52,559 nt of DNA from Sandaracinaceae bacterium (GTDB taxonomy: Bacteria > Myxococcota_A > Polyangia > Polyangiales > Sandaracinaceae), in contig JBGAQA010000034.1 of assembly GCA_044220955.1 (NCBI GenBank), positions 14,446 to 67,004 of the forward strand, given 5' to 3'. Of the stretch, positions 38,246 to 46,599 are shown in pieces (positions within the stretch are counted from its first letter, which is position 1; the number at the start of each line of letters is the position of its first letter). The position numbers were made by a program, and so were the translations under genes. Below the pieces are notes generated by a model. The model did no database searches and was not told the origin of the DNA. It saw only the letters and a list, made by a program, of their open reading frames with translations.

Positions 38246-40335
38246 GCGGCGCCTCCGCTGGTGTCGGGCGCGTCCGGCGCGTCCGGATCGAGGTCCGCGT
38301 CGGGATCGACCGTCTCGCCCGCGGCGTCCTCGACGTCCTCGACCTGGTGATCGTCGTCGTCTTCTTCGTACTCGTCGCGCCAGTACTCGCCCTCGAAGGG
38401 CCAGTACTCCTCGTCGTCGCGCAGGAGGCCCTGGATCCGCAGCGGGTCCATCAGCTCCGCAGGGAAACGGCCGGCGGCGAGGCTCTCGATCTGGATCTCG
38501 ATGCGGCGCTTGCTGCCCATCACGGCGTCGATGCGGCCGATCCGCGCGCGGCGCAGGCTCGCGCCGAGCCGGCTCTGCAGCTCCTCGAGCGCGTGGATGG
38601 CCGCCGCGTTGGCCGCCGCGACCATGCGCCCCCGCACGTCGGCGGCGCGCGAGGGAAAGCGCGAGGTGAACGCTCGATCGTGGGTCAGGAGCGCGTCGAT
38701 GTCGGCTCCTGCGGTGGCGCTCGTGTAGGCGGCCATCCCGGCCTGCGCCTCGTGCAGCGAGACCTCGAGGGCGTGCTCGCGCTCGCCGAGCGAGAGCAGC
38801 GTCTGCTCGATCGGCGCGATGCGCTCGGCCGCGGCGCCCGCCCGCCGCATCACGTCGAGCTGCTCGGTGAGCGCGCGCAGCGCCTGGCGGGCCGTCGCGA
38901 GGTCCCGCTCGAGCGCGGCGATCTGATCGGGCTCGCTGTCGGCCTGGGCCACGGCCTCCTCGGGTGCGTCCGTGCCGTGCATGCGCACCGCGATGGCCCC
39001 GAGCTCGTCCGAGACCCGGGCCGCGCGCGCGGCCTCCGCGTCGAGCGTCCGCACGTCGGAGTAGAGGCGGAAGAAGGTCGGGTCCACGCGCAAGAGGCCC
39101 AGCAGCATCGTGCGCAGATCCGGGGCCTCGACCGTCTCGCCCTCGGCCACGGGCGCGGCCGCCGGGCTCGCCTCGATCGCGAGCAGATCCTCGAAGACGC
39201 TCTCGCGGCGGGGCGCGCTCGCCAGGATGCGCGCGACCTCGTCGCGCAGCGGCTCGAAGACCTCGGCGAAGCGGACGAAGAGTCGGTCGGCGTCCTCGAA
39301 CTCGCAGCGGTCGAGATGGACGTAGCCGCGCAGCAGCGAGGCCTCGAGCACGTAGGGCGAGCTCGGGAAGCGCGCGCCGAGCTGATCGAGCAGATCGACC
39401 GCCGTGTCGGCGTCGTGCCCCTCGTACATCGCCCAGGCCGCCTCGAAGAGCGCCTCCGAGACGCGGTCCGAGTCCGCCGGGACCTGGAAGTAGTAGTAGA
39501 ACGCGTCCTCCGCGCGCTGGCCTTCGTGCGCGACGCGGCCGAGCGCGAGCCAGGTCAGGTCGCGGATCGCGAAGTAGCGGTGATCGACGTAGAACGTGAA
39601 CCGATCGGTGTCGCTCGTCGTCGCGATCGAGCAGAAGAGCGTCTCGGCGTCGTGGAGCGCGCCGCGGCGCGTGGCGACGACGCCGCGGAGGTACTGTGCG
39701 TTCGCGTAGAAGCGCGAGCGGCGCGAGACCTGCGCCAGCTCCGCGTCGGCGCCGGCGTCGTCGCCCGCGTCGTAGCGCTCGCGCCCGCGCAGGTATCGGA
39801 GCTCGTTCAGCGCGTCGGGTGAGAGGCCGTCCTGCCCGATCGTCTCGAGGGCGTCGAGGATCGAGGGCAGGTCGGCGCCGGCGAGCGCGATGTCGACCGC
39901 GCGGCGGTAGCCGGGACCGAAGTACGGGTCCTCCGGGCCGTGGGCCAGCACGCGCTCCACGACGCGGAAGGCCGAGCGGTACGCACCGAGCTCCGCGAGC
40001 TCGCCCGAGAGCAGGTACTGCGCGTTGCGCAGCTCGTCGGACGCCTCGAAGTCCGCGAAGCGCGGCGACTCGGTGAGCTCGTAGAGAACCAGCGCTGCCG
40101 CGTCGTGCTGCCCGTCGAGCGCGAGATCCTCGGCGCGCGCCAGCTCCGCGCGCAGCTCCTCGATCGAGCCCGTCTCCGCCGCGAGCAGGCGCCGCTCGGC
40201 GAGCGCCTGGTAGTACGTGGCGAGCTCGCCCGTCCCCTGATGGGCCGCGTCCTGCGCTTGGACCGCCGCCGGGCCGAGCGCGAGCACGAGGGCGAGCCCC
40301 GCGCGCGCGAACGCCCTGCCGACGCGGGAGCTCAA
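38242..40335 (-). CDS. TPR/coiled-coil protein, GltC-like
   Basis: Signal peptide; TPRs (LALGRVAHE, ALFEAAWA); C-terminal EEYWPFEGEYWRDE motif. Confidence 0.8.
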   Translation of the reverse strand: MSSRVGRAFARAGLALVLALGPAAVQAQDAAHQGTGELATYYQALAERRLLAAETGSIEELRAELARAEDLALDGQHDAAALVLYELTESPRFADFEASDELRNAQYLLSGELAELGAYRSAFRVVERVLAHGPEDPYFGPGYRRAVDIALAGADLPSILDALETIGQDGLSPDALNELRYLRGRERYDAGDDAGADAELAQVSRRSRFYANAQYLRGVVATRRGALHDAETLFCSIATTSDTDRFTFYVDHRYFAIRDLTWLALGRVAHEGQRAEDAFYYYFQVPADSDRVSEALFEAAWAMYEGHDADTAVDLLDQLGARFPSSPYVLEASLLRGYVHLDRCEFEDADRLFVRFAEVFEPLRDEVARILASAPRRESVFEDLLAIEASPAAAPVAEGETVEAPDLRTMLLGLLRVDPTFFRLYSDVRTLDAEAARAARVSDELGAIAVRMHGTDAPEEAVAQADSEPDQIAALERDLATARQALRALTEQLDVMRRAGAAAERIAPIEQTLLSLGEREHALEVSLHEAQAGMAAYTSATAGADIDALLTHDRAFTSRFPSRAADVRGRMVAAANAAAIHALEELQSRLGASLRRARIGRIDAVMGSKRRIEIQIESLAAGRFPAELMDPLRIQGLLRDDEEYWPFEGEYWRDEYEEDDDDHQVEDVEDAAGETVDPDADLDPDAPDAPDTSGGAA

Positions 40336-40339
40336 GGCA

Positions 40340-41137
40340 TCACTCCAGCGCGCGCGTGGCCACGCGCACGCGCGTGTGCACGTCGTAGCGGCCCTCGCCG
40401 TCGCTCCCGAAGTGCTGGGCGATGTCGGAGTCGTCCTCGAGGACGATCTCGATCTCCGTGCGCCGATCGCGCACGACGACGAAGCGGTACGTGTCGCGCT
40501 GCGCGTAGCGGTACTCGGAGTCGGCCGACGCGCGCTGCTCCATCGCGACCGTCAGCACGTGCGGGCCCGGCGCGAGCGCGCCCTCGTAGACCTGTCGGCC
40601 CACGCCGCCGCCCTCGAGCTCGCCCTCGGCGTGGAACACCGGCGCGCCGTCGAGCTCGAGCGCGAAGCTCGCGAGGCTCTGATCGTCGCCCGCTCGGTCC
40701 TGGACGGTGATGGCGACGCGCGTGCGGAACAGATCCTGGCCGAGCGTGGCGACGAGCTCGCGCGCGGCGACCATGTCGTCCATGAGCGAGGCGTACTCGG
40801 CCCGGAGGGGCGAGAGGTCGGGCGGCGTCGGGCCGACGTCGGCGTCCGGCGGCGGGGCCGCCGCGGGCGGTGGCGGCGCTGCGGGCGGCGCCGGCGTCGC
40901 GGCGGGCGTCGGGGCCGGCGCGGGCGCGGGCGCCGGTGCGGGCGCGGGCGCCGGGGTCGCGGCCGCGTCGTCCGCGAAGGGGTCGGGCGGCGGGGGCGGC
41001 GCGTCGGCGGGCTCGGTCGTCGGCGTCCGCGGCGTGCGCCGCGTCCGTCGTCGTCGCTGCGCCTCGGCGCTCGAGCTGCCGCCGAGGAGGGCGACGAGGA
41101 GCAGGCCGGCCAGCACGCGGAGCAGCATGGAAGGCAT
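40340..41137 (-). CDS. exported protein with Arg patch, (AP)n linker, short coiled coil and beta domain
   Basis: Signal peptide ending AEA-Q; tightly spaced within the operon; LDGAPVF...PGPHVL beta domain. Confidence 0.75.
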   Translation of the reverse strand: MPSMLLRVLAGLLLVALLGGSSSAEAQRRRRTRRTPRTPTTEPADAPPPPPDPFADDAAATPAPAPAPAPAPAPAPTPAATPAPPAAPPPPAAAPPPDADVGPTPPDLSPLRAEYASLMDDMVAARELVATLGQDLFRTRVAITVQDRAGDDQSLASFALELDGAPVFHAEGELEGGGVGRQVYEGALAPGPHVLTVAMEQRASADSEYRYAQRDTYRFVVVRDRRTEIEIVLEDDSDIAQHFGSDGEGRYDVHTRVRVATRALE

Positions 41138-41149
41138 CGCTTCCTCCCT

Positions 41150-41875
41150 TCAGAACTCGAACGGCAGGTACACCGCGAGCCCGAGCGTCGCGGTGAGGTT
41201 GTTGACGATGTTCTGCGCCCCGAGCAGCTCCTGCTCGAGGATCTGATCGCGCACGTCGATGCGGATCTCGAACCACTCGGCGAAGAAGAACTTCACGCCG
41301 AAGCCGAAGCTCCCGGTCAGGCCGCGCGACGTGGTGTTGTCGGTGATGCCGCCGCCGATCGCGAAGTTGAAGTCGAAGCGGCCGATCTCGGCACCGAACC
41401 AGCGCAGCTTGCCGTACGCGAGCGTCCAGACCAGGTGGGCCGTGTAGATGTAGACGGGCGCGTCGATCCGGACGAGCGTGATGCCGCGGTTCTGCTCGAT
41501 GATGCGGACCAGCTCGCTCTCCGCGCGCGAGTAGCCGAAGCCGGCCTCGAGGCCGATGTCCTCGGTGACGTGGTAGGTGAGGTTGCCCCCGACGAGGTAG
41601 CTCGCGCTCAGCAGGTCGGCCGCGTACACGCCGCCGAAGATCGAGAGCTCGAAGCGACCGGCCTTCTGGAAGAGTCGCTCGCGGACGCCTCGGTAGCGCC
41701 GCCGAGCGTTCAGCTCGTCGCGGATGGCCTCGTCGATGCACTGCGCGGACGCCGTCGCCGGCCCGAAGAGCGCGTCGGTGCTCGTCGTGGCGCGTGCCGG
41801 GGAGCCCGCGCGCGGGAGCGCCGCCGAGAGCAGCGTCAGCGCCAGGGCCACCAACGAGGCGCGCACGCGGATCAC
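41150..41875 (-). CDS. small outer-membrane beta-barrel, GltA/GltB/GltH-like
   Basis: Signal peptide; LFQKAGRFELS, YHVTE, YGKL motifs; aromatic C-terminus. Confidence 0.82.
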   Translation of the reverse strand: MIRVRASLVALALTLLSAALPRAGSPARATTSTDALFGPATASAQCIDEAIRDELNARRRYRGVRERLFQKAGRFELSIFGGVYAADLLSASYLVGGNLTYHVTEDIGLEAGFGYSRAESELVRIIEQNRGITLVRIDAPVYIYTAHLVWTLAYGKLRWFGAEIGRFDFNFAIGGGITDNTTSRGLTGSFGFGVKFFFAEWFEIRIDVRDQILEQELLGAQNIVNNLTATLGLAVYLPFEF

Positions 41876-41963
41876 GCCGAGATTCGTACCGTTCTGGGTG
41901 CGATGGTGTCAACGCCGATCGCCTTTCGGGGCGATCGAGGTGGTCGCGAGCAAGCGGCGGGAA

Positions 41964-42509
41964 TCACCGCAAAAAGACGGCGAGGGCGGCCGCGACCAGG
42001 GCGATCAGCACGAGGGAGAGCGTCACGATCGCGGCGCGGCGCCAGCGCGGCGGCGGCCGGATCGCGGGCGGGGGCTCGGGGGAGGTCCGGATCACCTCGA
42101 GCGATCCGCGCGGCTGCTCGAACACGGGCAGGCGCGGAGCCGGCGGCAGCCGCTCGAGCGTCGCGGCGACGTCGCTGAGCACCTGCTCGAGGTCGCCGTC
42201 GTGCGCGTCGGGCGGCGCTTCGCGCTCGGGCATCGGCGGCGGCACGCGCAGGCGATCGATCCGCACGGGCCCACTCTCGCGGGGCACCGGCCGGACGGAG
42301 GGCGTGTCGCGCGGCGGCGGAAACGACCGGTGGGCGGCCGCGCGCTTCTTGTCGCGGAGCATCTGCTGGTACTCGGCGATCTCCTCGGAGCTCTGCGCGC
42401 GCGTGGGCAGATCCTCGTCGAGGTCGTAGATCGACACCGGCCTGTCCGGAGTGACGTCGCCCCAGGGGTCGACCGCGTCCATCTCCTCGCTGGTCGAGCC
42501 GCCGGCCAT
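41964..42509 (-). CDS. hypothetical Pro-rich protein with a single C-terminal TM anchor
   Basis: GGAGG before ATG; disordered-looking sequence ending in one hydrophobic helix. Confidence 0.65.
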   Translation of the reverse strand: MAGGSTSEEMDAVDPWGDVTPDRPVSIYDLDEDLPTRAQSSEEIAEYQQMLRDKKRAAAHRSFPPPRDTPSVRPVPRESGPVRIDRLRVPPPMPEREAPPDAHDGDLEQVLSDVAATLERLPPAPRLPVFEQPRGSLEVIRTSPEPPPAIRPPPRWRRAAIVTLSLVLIALVAAALAVFLR

Positions 42510-42551
42510 GAGCCTCCCAGTTTACCCGACGTCTCCCCGGACGCCGTCCGA

Positions 42552-42597
42552 AATTGCGTCGGCTCGCCTCTGCGCCCCTCCCGCCCGCGGGCTGAGC
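42552..42597. repeat. REP-like element copy B (degenerate half copy)
   Basis: AATTGCGTCGGCTCGCCTCT is identical to 52505..52524, and similarity continues beyond it. Confidence 0.75.
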
Positions 42598-42607
42598 ACA
42601 CCGTTCG

Positions 42608-43516
42608 TCAGCAGAGGTAGCGCTCGCCACCGTCGCAGACGATCGTGACCACGCGCGTGCCGGCGGGCATCCCGCGCGCGACCTCGACCGCGGCGTGGAC
42701 GTTGGCGCCCGAGCTCGGCCCGACCAGCAGGCCTTCCTCGCGAGCGAGGCGCCGCGTCATGCGATCGGCTGCGAGGTCGGTGACCGTGAGCACCTCGTCG
42801 AGCAGGGCGCGATCGAGCACCTCCGGGACGAAGCCGGCGCCCAGCCCCTGGATCCCGTGCAGGCCCGGCTTGCCGCCGGTGAGGACCGCGGACGCACGCG
42901 GCTCGACGCCGACGATGCGCGTCTGCGGCGAGCGCTTCTTCAGGACCCGGCCGACGCCGGTGATCGTGCCGCCCGTGCCGATCCCGGTGACGAACGCGTC
43001 GATCTTGCCGCCGGTCGCGCGCCAGATCTCCTCGACCGTCGTCTTCTCGTGCGAGAGCGGGTTCGCGGGGTTGGTGAACTGCTGCGGCATCATCGAGTTC
43101 GGCGTCTCGGCGAGCAGGCGCTCGGCGCGCTCGACGGCGCCCGCCATGCCCTCCTGCGCGGGCGTGAGCACGACCTCCGCCCCGTATGCGCGCAGGATCT
43201 GACGGCGCGAGACGCTCATGTCCTCGGGCATCACGAGCACGCAGCGATAGCCGCGCACCGCGGCGATCATCGCGAGCGAGATCCCGGTGTTGCCGCTCGT
43301 CGCCTCGACGATCGTGGCGCCCTCCTTGATCTTCCCGTCGCGCTCGGCGGCGAGGATCATCTCGAGGGCCGGACGGTCTTTCACGCTGCCCGCCGGGTTC
43401 TGGCGCTCGAGCTTGACGCAGACCTCGGCGCCCTTGGGCGGCGAGAGGCGCGGCAGACGCACGAGCGGCGTCCGCCCCACCAGATCGAGCACTCCGTCGA
43501 AGATCCGATCGTCCAT
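42608..43516 (-). CDS. cysK: cysteine synthase A
   Basis: VGRTPLVRL, NPAGSVKDR (PLP Lys), EATSGNTG, QQFTNPAN, GTGGT, HGIQGLGAGF, DGGERYL. Confidence 0.95.
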   Translation of the reverse strand: MDDRIFDGVLDLVGRTPLVRLPRLSPPKGAEVCVKLERQNPAGSVKDRPALEMILAAERDGKIKEGATIVEATSGNTGISLAMIAAVRGYRCVLVMPEDMSVSRRQILRAYGAEVVLTPAQEGMAGAVERAERLLAETPNSMMPQQFTNPANPLSHEKTTVEEIWRATGGKIDAFVTGIGTGGTITGVGRVLKKRSPQTRIVGVEPRASAVLTGGKPGLHGIQGLGAGFVPEVLDRALLDEVLTVTDLAADRMTRRLAREEGLLVGPSSGANVHAAVEVARGMPAGTRVVTIVCDGGERYLC

Positions 43517-43577
43517 GGCGAGGCGCCATCGTACGCGCGGGATCGACGCGCGTCGATCGGCTATGCTGCTTTCCGCC

Positions 43578-44225
43578 GTGGCCGCTGCCGCTCGCGCCTC
43601 GCTCCTGTGCTCGGTCCTGCTCGGCTGCGCGACCTCGACCACGCTGCCCATGGACGCGGGGCGCGACGCGCCCCCGAGCGCGGACGTCGGGATCGACGTG
43701 AACGCGCCCGACACGCACTGCGACCTGTCGCCCGAGCCCACGCCGCCGCCGCCCTTCGTCGGGGACTTCCAGCTGAACGACGCGGCGTTCGGGGCGGTGG
43801 CGCCCGTCATGACCGGCGGCGATCCGCTCGGGACCTGGGTGTTCGACCGCGGGACGTTCTGGGTCGATCGGGAAAACAACGCGATGTTCAACCGCTACGC
43901 CTCCTCGGTGGCCGGCACGGCGTGGATCGTCATCGAGCCGACCGAGTTCCGGCTCGACTACGACTTCATCACCACGCTCGCCGGGACCGAGGCGGGCACG
44001 GTCGTGCAGGACAACCACACGCGCCTGCGCGCCCGCTGGCGGCTCGATCGCGAGCAGATCGAGCCGACCGGGCTCGCGTGCGCCGAGGCGAGCGCCGTGG
44101 GCTTCGGCGATCCGGGGCGGGTGACGTTCAGCCGCGTCGACGCCGATCACATCGTCGTGCTGACCGTCGTGCCGATGGAGGTCGGCATGACCCTCATCGA
44201 GCTGCACGGCACCCGCGTTCCCTAG
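43578..44225 (+). CDS. hypothetical lipoprotein
   Basis: Lipobox LLG-C and a beta-rich domain. Alternative start ATG 43563. Confidence 0.72.
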   Translation: MAAAARASLLCSVLLGCATSTTLPMDAGRDAPPSADVGIDVNAPDTHCDLSPEPTPPPPFVGDFQLNDAAFGAVAPVMTGGDPLGTWVFDRGTFWVDRENNAMFNRYASSVAGTAWIVIEPTEFRLDYDFITTLAGTEAGTVVQDNHTRLRARWRLDREQIEPTGLACAEASAVGFGDPGRVTFSRVDADHIVVLTVVPMEVGMTLIELHGTRVP

Positions 44226-44300
44226 CCGGTCCGTCGATCGGGGGGCATGCCGACACGGCCGGACTCGCGCCGACATCGACGAGGCACCCGCTGGTCGAGC

Positions 44301-46331
44301 CTACGCGCTGACCGGCTGCGTCTCGGCGGCCTTCCACACCTCGGCCTCGGTGAAGATCCGCACGAGGTCCGGGTCGATGTGGCCGTCCTTGACCTCGAAG
44401 CCGAGGATCGCGAGCGCACGATCGAGCGGCATGGCTCGCTTGTAGGGACGATCGCGCGCCGTGAGCGCGTCGAAGATGTCGGCGATCGTCATGATCTTGG
44501 AGGGCAGCGGGATCTGATCGCCCGGCACGCCGTTCGGGTAGCCCCGACCGTTGAGCTTCTCGTGGTGCGCGCCGGCGATCTCCGGGATGTTCGCGAAGTT
44601 CTTCCCCCATGGGATGCGCGAGAGGAAGTCCTTGGTGTGCACCACGTGTGAGCGGATCTGATCGATCTCCGCGTCGTTGAGCGAGCCCTTCTGGACCTGG
44701 AGCGAGGTGACCTCGTCCTGCGCGAGCAGGGGCCTGACGTGCCCGCACGCATCGACGTACGTGCGAGTCCCGAGCTCGAGGATGCGCGTGAACTCGCCCT
44801 CCTTCAGGACCGTCGGCTCGTTCGACGCGGTGACGACCGCCCATGCCTGGTCGATCTCGGCCTTGCGCGCGTCGAGCTGCTCGTCGATGGCGCGCAGATC
44901 GCTCTCGCCCGCGCCCCCGCGCATCGCCGCCAGCTTGCGCTCGAAGCGCTCCTTCTCGGTCTGCAAGAGGACGAAGTCGAAGCGTGCGCGGATCGCGTCG
45001 AGCTGCTGCGGGTAGAGCTTCTTGGCCTTGACGAGCACCTCCTCGCGCACCCCGATCTTGCCGAAGTCGTGCAGGAGGCTCGCGTACTCGAGCTCCTTCA
45101 GCTCGCGGCGCGAGAACTTCGTGTCCTTGTAGGGACCGCTCGAGATCGCGTCGACGGCCTGCGCGAGTCCTCCCGAGAAGACGCTCACGCGGAAGCTGTG
45201 GCCGCTGGTCGTGGGATCGCGCTGCTCGATCGCCTGAACGCTGGCGCGAACGAAGCCGTCGAAGATGCGACGGATCTCGTCGTAGAGGAGCGCGTTCTCG
45301 AGCGCGATCGACGCCTGTGACGCCAGCGTCGCGAGGAGATCCTCGCTTCGCTGGTCGAAGGGCACGACCTCCTCGAGCGCGTCCTCGGGCCTGGCGAGCT
45401 TCTTCTTCGGGTCCTTCTTCTTGTTGATCAGCTGGATGACCCCGATCACGTCGTCCTCGGCGCTGATCATCGGCACGGCGATCATCGACTTCGTGCGGTA
45501 GCCGATCTTGCGGTCGAAGCTGGGGTCGAAGCTGAAGACGCGGATCGTCTTGGCGAGCATCTGCGCCGAGGGAAGGAGCGAGGTGTGCTCGGCCTCGGGC
45601 AGGGAGCCCTCCGGCGGGATGAGCTCGTAGACGTCGGGGATCGCGATGGCCTTGCGCGTCACCGCGGCGGCGCCCGCGATCGAGCGGGTCGTCATCGGGA
45701 TGGTGAACTCGCGCGACTGGAAGCTGATCGAGTCGTTCTGCGAGGTCTTGAAGCGCAGGCGCCGCTCGGCGCTCGGGCCGACGCCCTTGGTCTCGACGAC
45801 GTAGATGCTCCCGGCGTCGGCACCCGTGATGAAGCGGCTCTTCTCGAGGATCAGGCCGAGCAGGCGATCGATGTCGCGCTCCTGCGAGATCGCCCGCGAG
45901 ATCTCGATGATCTCGCCGAGCTCGTAGCGGTAACGGTTGAGCCAGCGCGCGCGGCGCTCGGAGGCCAGGCGAAGCTCCACGCGATCGAGGACGCCGCCGA
46001 CGGCGAGGTAGACGAGGTCGGCGTTCGCGAGATCGGGGATGTGCGCGACGACGGCCGTCTTGGGCATCCGGTCGAGGAAGCCCTCGGGCAGCTCTCCGAC
46101 GACGAGCACGCCCGCGTGCCCGGGCGCGATGCGCGCGAGGTAGGGCTCGAGCGCGCCGCGCCGCAGGGCGCTCGTCCCGACGGCGAGCACGAGCGCCTCG
46201 CCGCGCTGCACCTCGGTGACGATCCCGTGCAGCTCGACGCGGACGTTCTCGCCGAGGCGCGTCTCCGTCTCGAGCGCGCGCGTGACCACGATCGCCGAGA
46301 CGTCGCTCAGCTCGGTGTCGTGCTCAGCCAT
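44301..46331 (-). CDS. GAF + HD-GYP domain protein (cyclic-dinucleotide phosphodiesterase)
   Basis: GAF domain; DPTTSGHS.RV, LLHDFGKIG, HHEKLNGRGYP, ADIFDALTA.DRPYK. Confidence 0.93.
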   Translation of the reverse strand: MAEHDTELSDVSAIVVTRALETETRLGENVRVELHGIVTEVQRGEALVLAVGTSALRRGALEPYLARIAPGHAGVLVVGELPEGFLDRMPKTAVVAHIPDLANADLVYLAVGGVLDRVELRLASERRARWLNRYRYELGEIIEISRAISQERDIDRLLGLILEKSRFITGADAGSIYVVETKGVGPSAERRLRFKTSQNDSISFQSREFTIPMTTRSIAGAAAVTRKAIAIPDVYELIPPEGSLPEAEHTSLLPSAQMLAKTIRVFSFDPSFDRKIGYRTKSMIAVPMISAEDDVIGVIQLINKKKDPKKKLARPEDALEEVVPFDQRSEDLLATLASQASIALENALLYDEIRRIFDGFVRASVQAIEQRDPTTSGHSFRVSVFSGGLAQAVDAISSGPYKDTKFSRRELKELEYASLLHDFGKIGVREEVLVKAKKLYPQQLDAIRARFDFVLLQTEKERFERKLAAMRGGAGESDLRAIDEQLDARKAEIDQAWAVVTASNEPTVLKEGEFTRILELGTRTYVDACGHVRPLLAQDEVTSLQVQKGSLNDAEIDQIRSHVVHTKDFLSRIPWGKNFANIPEIAGAHHEKLNGRGYPNGVPGDQIPLPSKIMTIADIFDALTARDRPYKRAMPLDRALAILGFEVKDGHIDPDLVRIFTEAEVWKAAETQPVSA

Positions 46332-46599
46332 TCACCCGCCCGGGAGGCACGCGCCGAGGCTAGCACGAGCGCGGGATCGGCCGGAGGCGTCCGGCGCGCG
46401 GGCGAGCGCGCCGCGTAGCGGCCTCCGCACGGGCCGGGCGCCGCCGCTCTCGGCCGCGGCCTCGACGAACTTCAAGAGGCTCCGGTCCGCGCCGACACCG
46501 CAAATGTCCCACTCGCGAGACGGCGTGCGACACGAACGGTCGATCACGATCGCGATCGCCGGTGACGCTCGCGGCGCGCTTCGTGCTCGTCGTCCGGTG

